Shown one piece after another: positions 58,150 through 64,000 of a DNA stretch of 64,000 bases; position 1 is the first letter of the stretch, and each line of letters opens with the position of its first letter. Made by a program: the position numbers and the translations under genes. The notes beneath the pieces were generated by a model. That model saw nothing but the letters and a program-made list of their open reading frames with translations. It did no database searches and was not told where the DNA came from. Origin of the DNA: Bryobacteraceae bacterium (GTDB lineage Bacteria; Acidobacteriota; Terriglobia; Bryobacterales; Bryobacteraceae); assembly GCA_036768595.1 (NCBI GenBank), contig DAIPMT010000002.1, positions 1,345-65,344 on the forward strand, given 5' to 3'.

Positions 58150-59526
58150 ATGCCAATTGCTTCCTCGCTGTGCCTCATGGCGCAGATGGTGCGTGAGCGC
58201 AAAATTTCACCGCTCGAGTTAGTCGACGCGCACCTGCGACAAATTGAAAAAGTCAATCCGAAGCTGAACGCGTTTGTGACGGTGCTGGCGGAAGAGGCCC
58301 GCGCGGCGGCCAAACAAGCCAGGCCCGGCGGCCTGCTGCACGGCGTGCCGGTCACGGTGAAAGATAGTTTCGACATGGCCGGCCTGCCCACCTATTGCGG
58401 CAGCCAATTCCGGCGCGATCATCGCGCGGCTGAAGATTCCACCGCAGCGCGCCGTTTCCGCGAACAGGGCGCGATTATTCTGGGCAAGACCAACTGCCCC
58501 GAATTTCTGGCCAACTACGAGACCGACAATCACATCACCGGGCGCACCAATAATCCATGGAACACGCACTTGACCGCCGGCGGATCGAGTGGCGGTGAAT
58601 CGGCGGCCATCGCGTCCTATTGTTCGGCGGGCGGCATCGGCAGCGACGGCGGCGGCTCCGTGCGCATTCCGGCGGCGTTCTGTGGCATTGCCGGGCTCAA
58701 GCCGACCCCGGGTCGCGTCTCCGCGGCCGGCCACTTTCCCGAGATCGCGCATCCCGGCGGATTGCTGGGCGTCGCCGGTCCCATGGCGCGCACCGCCGCC
58801 GACGTACGGCTGCTGTTTGCCGCGCTGGCCGGGCACGATAATCAGGATCCGTTCTCGGCCCCGGTGCCGCTACGGCCGGCTTCCACGCAGGGTGTTCGAG
58901 TCGGCGTGTGGCCGCAGTTTTATGACGTGCCGGTGGATGCCGAGGTCCGCGCGAACCTGCAGCAAGCCGCGGCTCTGTTGAACGATCTGCGCATCCCCGC
59001 CGAACCGTTTGTGCCGCGCGGCCTGGAGCGCGCGACCAGCCTATGGTGGTTTTTCTTCGGGCATGTGCCCGCGCCGTTTACGCGCGCCGTGGTGGAGGGC
59101 CGCGAGCAGGAGGCGCACTGGACCGGTCTGGAACTGTTCCATATGGTAAAAGATGACGCCGAGCCGACCGGTGCGCAACTGGTGACCAATTTGGTCCTCC
59201 GCGACAAAATCCGCGCATCCCTGCTACGCCAGATGGAGCATTGTCCGGTCTTGCTGATGCCCGTCTGCGGCACTGTCGCCTGGCCCCATCGCGCGCGTAG
59301 TTTCGCCACCGAAACACGGCCCATCAGCTTGCTGGAGGCGATGTCGCCCGTGACGCCGTGGAATTTACTGGGGATGCCGGCCATGACGATCCCGTTCGGC
59401 ATGCACTCGACAGGCGTGCCGATCGGCATCCAGCTGGTGGGGCGGCCGTGGGAAGAGGAGCTACTACTGGAACTGGCGGTGGAGCTGGAGCGGGCGCGCG
59501 GCCCGTTTGCGGGCCCGAAGATCTAG
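58150..59526 (+). CDS. Amidase-signature family amidase
   Basis: VPVTVKDSF (Lys), GGSSGGESAA, GSDGGGSVRIPA signature. Confidence 0.9.
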   Translation: MPIASSLCLMAQMVRERKISPLELVDAHLRQIEKVNPKLNAFVTVLAEEARAAAKQARPGGLLHGVPVTVKDSFDMAGLPTYCGSQFRRDHRAAEDSTAARRFREQGAIILGKTNCPEFLANYETDNHITGRTNNPWNTHLTAGGSSGGESAAIASYCSAGGIGSDGGGSVRIPAAFCGIAGLKPTPGRVSAAGHFPEIAHPGGLLGVAGPMARTAADVRLLFAALAGHDNQDPFSAPVPLRPASTQGVRVGVWPQFYDVPVDAEVRANLQQAAALLNDLRIPAEPFVPRGLERATSLWWFFFGHVPAPFTRAVVEGREQEAHWTGLELFHMVKDDAEPTGAQLVTNLVLRDKIRASLLRQMEHCPVLLMPVCGTVAWPHRARSFATETRPISLLEAMSPVTPWNLLGMPAMTIPFGMHSTGVPIGIQLVGRPWEEELLLELAVELERARGPFAGPKI

Positions 59527-59532
59527 CGCCGG

Positions 59533-59727
59533 TTAAATCTTCGTGACCGTCTCTTTAGCGACCGGCGTCGTCTCCGCCGGCGGCTCGTTCTTGATGCCGT
59601 CCTTGAAGCTGCGGATGCCTTCGGCCAAACCTTTGCCGAGTTCCGGCAGTTTCTTGGGGCCAAACACAAATACCGCCACCACCAGGATAATCAGCAGGTG
59701 CATGGGTTGGAGCAAGCCTTCAATCAT
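59533..59727 (-). CDS. tatA: Twin-arginine translocase subunit TatA/E
   Basis: 64 aa. HLLIILVVAVFVFGPKKLPELGKGLAEGIRSFK. Confidence 0.85.
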   Translation of the reverse strand: MIEGLLQPMHLLIILVVAVFVFGPKKLPELGKGLAEGIRSFKDGIKNEPPAETTPVAKETVTKI

Positions 59728-59777
59728 AGGAACCTTTCCTATACTGTAACCTAAACAGACGGCTTTCCGGGGTCAAC

Positions 59778-61535
59778 GTGTATAGAAGATGGATGCCCTT
59801 GGCCCTGGTGGCCCTCAGCGTGGGAGCCGCGCCGGCGCAATACCTCCGCGGCGTCAACCTGGCCGGGGCCGAGTTTGGGGATGGCGTGCTGCCCGGCGTC
59901 TACGGCCGGCACTACACCTACAACAGCGAACAGACCTTCGATTACTTCGCCGCGCGCAGCCTGAACTTCATCCGTCTCCAGGTCCGTTGGGAACGCCTGC
60001 AGCCGGTGCTCGGCGGCCCGCTCGATCCCGTGAATCTCGGCTACCTGAAGCAGGACATCGCCTGGGCCAAGGCCGCCGGCGCGGTGGTCAGCATCGATGC
60101 CCACAACTACGGCCGCTATCGCATCAACGAGCAGGGCTCGCTCAAAGAATATATTTTGGACAACGTCTACAACGGCGTCGTGAAGGTCAGCACCGCCAAC
60201 TTGACCGACTTCTGGGTGCGCCTCTCGAACGAGTTCAAATACGAGCCCTCGGTGCTCGCCTACGACCTGATGAATGAGCCGCACGACATGGGCTCGGCCG
60301 ACTGGCGGCAGATCTCGCAAGCCGTGCTCAACGCCATACGCGGCAACCTGGACACCAAGCTGATCATGATTCCGGGCAACAGCTACAGCTCCGCCACCGC
60401 CTGGCCCAATGTCAACGGCTTTGCCGGATGGATTGTCGATCCAGCCAACCACTTCTACTACGAAGCCCACGAATATTTCGACCACGACTACAGCGGCGGC
60501 TACGCCTGGAGTTATGACCAGGAACTGGCCGCCAACCCGCAGCTCGCCACGGTCGGCGTCACGCGCCTGCAGCCCTTTCTGAACTGGTGCCGGAACAACA
60601 GCGTTCCGTGCTATCTGGGCGAATACGGCATTCCCAATAACGACGCGCGCTGGCTGGGCGTGCTGGATCAATTTCTGAGCGCCCTCGATGCCGCCGGAAT
60701 GCCCGGAACCTATTGGGCTGCCGGCGAATGGTGGGGCGCCTATCCTCTATCGGTCCAGCCGCTGGGCGACTTCGCGATCGACCGGCCGCAGACCCGCACC
60801 CTGCTCGCGCATCTCGCGCCGGGCGCCTTCACCACCATCTCGGCTGCGGCGGATTTCGGCTACGCCGTGGCGCCCGGCGCGCTGGTATCGGGCTACGGTG
60901 GCGGCCTCGCCGGCGGCACCCAAGCGGCAGCTAATCTGCCTTTGCCAACGAAGCTGCAAGATGCCGAAGTGCGCCTGACCGATGTGAATGGCGCGATCAC
61001 GATGGCGCCGCTGGTGCTGGTTTCTCCCAGCCAGATCAATTACCAGGCTCCGGCCGGAACCCCCACGGGGCGCGTGGATGTCACGGTGCTGCGCGGCGGC
61101 ACGGCGGTGGCGAGCGGGGTGCTCGAAGTGCGGCCAATCGCGCCCACCATCTTCAGCGCCAATAATTCGGGCTCGGGCATTGCCGCCGCGCAGGTGGTGC
61201 GCGTCAAGTCCGACGGCACGCAGAGCTATGAGAACGTCGCCGCGTACGACGCGAACCAGGGCAAGTTCGTCGGCGCGCCGGTAAACTTCGGCGCCGATCA
61301 ATTGGTCCTGCTGCTGTACGGCACGGGGTTCGACAGTGCGGACGCCGGCCAAACCACAGTCTCGATCGGCGCCACGCCGCTCAGCGTGCAATACTCCGGC
61401 GCGCAGCATCAGTTTCCCGGGCTCGACCAGATCAACGCCCCGCTGCCGCCCTCCCTCGCGGGCACCGCTGAGGTGACGGTCAATGTCACGGTCGGCGGCA
61501 AAGCCGCGAACGCCGTGACGGTCCTGTTCCAATAG
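59778..61535 (+). CDS. Secreted GH5 glycoside hydrolase with C-terminal Ig-like (TIGR03437/Solibacter C-terminal-type) module
   Basis: Signal peptide. GVNLAGAEFG, acid/base YDLMNEPHD, nucleophile YLGEYG. C-terminal ~200 aa ending YSGAQHQFPGLDQINAPLP...VTVGGKAANAVTVLFQ. Confidence 0.8.
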   Translation: MYRRWMPLALVALSVGAAPAQYLRGVNLAGAEFGDGVLPGVYGRHYTYNSEQTFDYFAARSLNFIRLQVRWERLQPVLGGPLDPVNLGYLKQDIAWAKAAGAVVSIDAHNYGRYRINEQGSLKEYILDNVYNGVVKVSTANLTDFWVRLSNEFKYEPSVLAYDLMNEPHDMGSADWRQISQAVLNAIRGNLDTKLIMIPGNSYSSATAWPNVNGFAGWIVDPANHFYYEAHEYFDHDYSGGYAWSYDQELAANPQLATVGVTRLQPFLNWCRNNSVPCYLGEYGIPNNDARWLGVLDQFLSALDAAGMPGTYWAAGEWWGAYPLSVQPLGDFAIDRPQTRTLLAHLAPGAFTTISAAADFGYAVAPGALVSGYGGGLAGGTQAAANLPLPTKLQDAEVRLTDVNGAITMAPLVLVSPSQINYQAPAGTPTGRVDVTVLRGGTAVASGVLEVRPIAPTIFSANNSGSGIAAAQVVRVKSDGTQSYENVAAYDANQGKFVGAPVNFGADQLVLLLYGTGFDSADAGQTTVSIGATPLSVQYSGAQHQFPGLDQINAPLPPSLAGTAEVTVNVTVGGKAANAVTVLFQ

Positions 61536-61563
61536 CCGGGCGTCACCTGATACAACAGAGTGC

Positions 61564-62184
61564 ATGCGAATTTCAATATTGCTCTTCTGCCTGGCCGCCG
61601 CGGCGGGCGCTCAGGAGAAACTTCCTAACCTCCAGTGGGTCTCGCTGTTCAACGGCAAAGACCTTTCCGGCTGGGAAACCGTCGGCAAAGAAAAATGGGA
61701 AGTCATCGACGGCGCCATCCATGGCCAGGGCATCACCAAGGATTACGGCTACCTGCAAACAGCCAAGAAATATAAGGATTTCCACCTCTCGCTGCGCTTC
61801 AAATGCGTAGGCGACGGCAACAGCGGCGTCTTCTTCCACACCGCGTTCAAACCCGGCACCGCCGACGTCTCGCAGGGCATGCAGTTCGAAATCGACCAGA
61901 CCATGTCGCACCACACCGGCGGCCTCTATGGCGACGGGCGTCAGTGGATCGCGTGGCCCGCCCCCGAAAACGAGTTTGTCATCCACCAGAATGACTGGAA
62001 CGATTACCTGCTGAAGGTGGAAGGCAACCACTTCGTGGCGCGCCTGAACGGCATCGTCGTGGTGGACTTCACCGACCCGTCGCCGCGCTCCTTCGACGGC
62101 ACCATCGCACTGCAGCTGCACTCGGGCGGGCAGGGCAACATGATGTTCAAAGATATCTACGTGCGTGATCTCTCGGTGCGGTGA
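61564..62184 (+). CDS. DUF1080 (3-keto-disaccharide hydrolase-like, concanavalin fold) secreted protein
   Basis: Signal peptide. LFNGKDLSGWE, W.V.DGAIHG, NSGVFF, FEIDQ, IALQLHSGG...FKDIYV pattern. Confidence 0.75.
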   Translation: MRISILLFCLAAAAGAQEKLPNLQWVSLFNGKDLSGWETVGKEKWEVIDGAIHGQGITKDYGYLQTAKKYKDFHLSLRFKCVGDGNSGVFFHTAFKPGTADVSQGMQFEIDQTMSHHTGGLYGDGRQWIAWPAPENEFVIHQNDWNDYLLKVEGNHFVARLNGIVVVDFTDPSPRSFDGTIALQLHSGGQGNMMFKDIYVRDLSVR

Positions 62185-62200
62185 CGCCTAAAATAAAGGG

Positions 62201-62944
62201 ATGCTCACCTCTCATCTGACGGGCCGGGTGCTGCATGTAACGCTCGATCGCCCTGAAAAGCGCAACGCCCTATCGCTCGCATTGGCGCGGCGTCTGGCCG
62301 AAACGCTGGACGAAGCGTCCTCCGACGACAAGGTCGGGGCCATTCTGTTGACCGCCGCCGGCAAGGGTTTCTGCGCCGGCATGGACCTCGGCGAGATGGG
62401 CCGCGTGGAACCCGCCGAGCTGGGGCAGGTGCATGAGCGCCTGTTCACCTGCGGCGCGCGTTTGCGGAAGCCGCTGCTGGCGGCGGTGCACGGGACGGCG
62501 CTGGCGGGCGGCACCGGTCTGGTGGCCAACGCCCATATCGTATTTGCCTCGCCCGAAGCCACGTTCGGGCTCACCGAGATCCGTCTGGGCCTGTGGCCCT
62601 TCCTGATTTATCGTGCCGTGGTGGCTGCCGTGGGGGAGCGCCGCGCGCTGGAACTGTCGCTCTCGGGCCGCGTCTTTGCCGCCGAGGAGGCCGCGCGCTA
62701 CGGCTTGGTGCACATGGTTTGTCCGCTGGATGAATTGATGCCTCAGGCCGAATCGGCCGCACGCCGCATTGCTGAATCCAGCCCCGGCGCCATCGCCGCG
62801 GGCCTTGAATACGTGCAAACCTACCGCAATGCCGCACTGGCCGGCAGCCTGCGCGACCGGGTCATGCGCTCGGCTGACTTTCGAGAGGGAATTTCTGCAT
62901 ATATTGAGAAACGCCCCCCAAGATGGCCTAGTATTGCAAACTGA
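62201..62944 (+). CDS. Enoyl-CoA hydratase/isomerase (crotonase) family protein
   Basis: DRPEKRNAL, GKGFCAGMDL oxyanion hole, GLTEIRLGLWP. Confidence 0.85.
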   Translation: MLTSHLTGRVLHVTLDRPEKRNALSLALARRLAETLDEASSDDKVGAILLTAAGKGFCAGMDLGEMGRVEPAELGQVHERLFTCGARLRKPLLAAVHGTALAGGTGLVANAHIVFASPEATFGLTEIRLGLWPFLIYRAVVAAVGERRALELSLSGRVFAAEEAARYGLVHMVCPLDELMPQAESAARRIAESSPGAIAAGLEYVQTYRNAALAGSLRDRVMRSADFREGISAYIEKRPPRWPSIAN

Positions 62945-63032
62945 AGCACTACATCTTGTGCGTCGTTGACTTTACTTTTCTCGTTTTTGCGTCTAGTATC
63001 GGTGTAATCCCCCGAGCGAGCGAGGTCGCCGT

Positions 63033-64000
63033 TTGCTAAAGCTAAAACGAGTAGAACTACAGGGCTTCAAGTCCTTCTGTGATCGCACCGAACTGAAGTT
63101 TCGAGGCGACGGGATCGCGGCCATCGTGGGTCCCAACGGCTGTGGGAAGAGTAACTTGAGCGATGCCATCAGCTGGGTGCTGGGCGAGCAATCCGCCAAG
63201 AGCCTGCGCGGCGGGCGCATGGAAGACGTCATCTTCGCGGGCACGCGCGATCGCAAGGCGGTCGGCATGGCCTCTGTCACGATGACGCTCGTCGATCCCG
63301 CGCCACGCGAGCAGCCGATTGAGCTCGCACACGAGGCTCCGGCGGAGCCCCTCGAAGTCACGGTTATCCCGACCGTGCACGCCGGGCGTCCCCAAAGTGC
63401 TACCAAGCCTGGCGAAATTACGATCACGCGGCGACTGTTCCGTTCGGGCGAGAGCGAATACCTGATCGACGGCCGCTCGGCCCGCCTGCGCGATATACAG
63501 GACCTCTTTATGGGCAGCGGCCTGGGCCCGGAAAGCTACGCCATCATCGAGCAGGGGCGCATCGGCCAGATCCTCAGCTCGCGCCCGCAGGACCGGCGCT
63601 CGATCATCGAAGAAGCCGCCGGCATCACCAAGTTCAAAGCCCGCAAGCGGCTGTCGGAGGCCAAGCTCGAAAGCGCCAAGCAGAACCTGACGCGGGTCTA
63701 CGACATTCTGGAAGAAGTCACGCGGCAGGTGAATTCGTTGAAGCGCCAGGCGGCGCGGACCAAGCGCTACCAGGAGCTCAAAGCGGAGTTGGATAGCCGT
63801 CTGCGCGTCCTGCTGACGGTCCGCTCGCAGCGCCTGAACGCGGAGATCGCGGCGGCCTCGGCCGAGCTGGAAGCAGCGGCGGCGGAACTGCGCGAAGCCA
63901 CGGCGCTGGTCGCGGCCGGCGAACAGGAACGCGCCAAGATTCAGGCCGTCTGCTTCGACCTCGAAGGCAAGCTGCGCGAAGTGCGGCGCGTGCTGGCCGA
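63033..64000 (+). CDS. smc: Chromosome segregation protein SMC (N-terminal part; continues beyond the right edge)
   Basis: Open + frame from TTG 63033: (M)LKLKRVELQGFKSFCDRTELKFRGDGIAAIVGPNGCGKSNLSDAISWVLGEQSAKSLRG, followed by coiled-coil sequence. Absent from the ORF track because there is no stop in the window. Confidence 0.9.
   Translation, partial: MLKLKRVELQGFKSFCDRTELKFRGDGIAAIVGPNGCGKSNLSDAISWVLGEQSAKSLRGGRMEDVIFAGTRDRKAVGMASVTMTLVDPAPREQPIELAHEAPAEPLEVTVIPTVHAGRPQSATKPGEITITRRLFRSGESEYLIDGRSARLRDIQDLFMGSGLGPESYAIIEQGRIGQILSSRPQDRRSIIEEAAGITKFKARKRLSEAKLESAKQNLTRVYDILEEVTRQVNSLKRQAARTKRYQELKAELDSRLRVLLTVRSQRLNAEIAAASAELEAAAAELREATALVAAGEQERAKIQAVCFDLEGKLREVRRVLA

Overview
This is a GC-rich, gene-dense stretch of bacterial chromosome with about 66 protein-coding genes and almost no non-coding DNA. 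Many genes are joined by 1-4 nt start/stop overlaps. The gene content points to an Acidobacteria-type genome (Solibacter/Bryobacter-like). The main hint is a GH5 enzyme with a C-terminal Ig-like module that resembles the Solibacter-type TIGR03437 domain. That taxonomic call is an inference and has not been tested.

Main blocks, left to right:
- An addB/addA-type helicase-nuclease pair; addA runs off the left edge.
- tadA, a degenerate S41 peptidase and a cytochrome c.
- A candidate lysine riboswitch in front of a nine-gene, translationally coupled diaminopimelate/lysine operon (M20 desuccinylase-like, asd, lysC, dapB, dapA, dapD, SDR, DUF1684, maf).
- ypfJ, gpmI, eno and glgC.
- rpsU plus a zinc-ribbon protein.
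- An MhqO/MhqD-like quinone-detoxification pair.
- A GT2 glycosyltransferase and a LolC/E-like permease.
- rpoN, hpf and rapZ.
- PhzF, a micro-ORF and a sodium:solute symporter.
- A second glgC.
- A 3-hydroxyacyl-CoA dehydrogenase.
- lipA, a formimidoyltransferase and a HutI-like pseudoenzyme.
- A complete type II secretion (T2SS) locus, gspE-F-G-H-I-J-K-L-M-(C-like)-X-D. It is headed by, and translationally coupled to, an ECF sigma factor, an anti-sigma factor and a periplasmic protein.
- A TrxB-like flavoprotein and a four-domain DsbD.
- plsX, rpmF and yceD.
- A GT28 glycolipid synthase and a PAP2 phosphatase.
- A DEAD-box helicase (DEGD variant), an amidase, tatA, GH5, DUF1080, a crotonase and the 5' end of smc, which runs off the right edge.

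I saw no CRISPR array, transposase, integrase, rRNA/tRNA gene or recognisable defence or toxin-antitoxin genes. The region looks like core genome rather than an island.

The most unusual content is:
1. The T2SS operon hard-wired to an ECF sigma/anti-sigma module.
2. Its secretin, which carries a ~145-residue Gly/Tyr/Gln low-complexity insert with six GYGQQ repeats.
3. Two apparent pseudoenzymes, a HutI-like amidohydrolase and an S41 peptidase, each lacking its catalytic residues.

All functional calls rest on motif recognition by eye. No database search was run.
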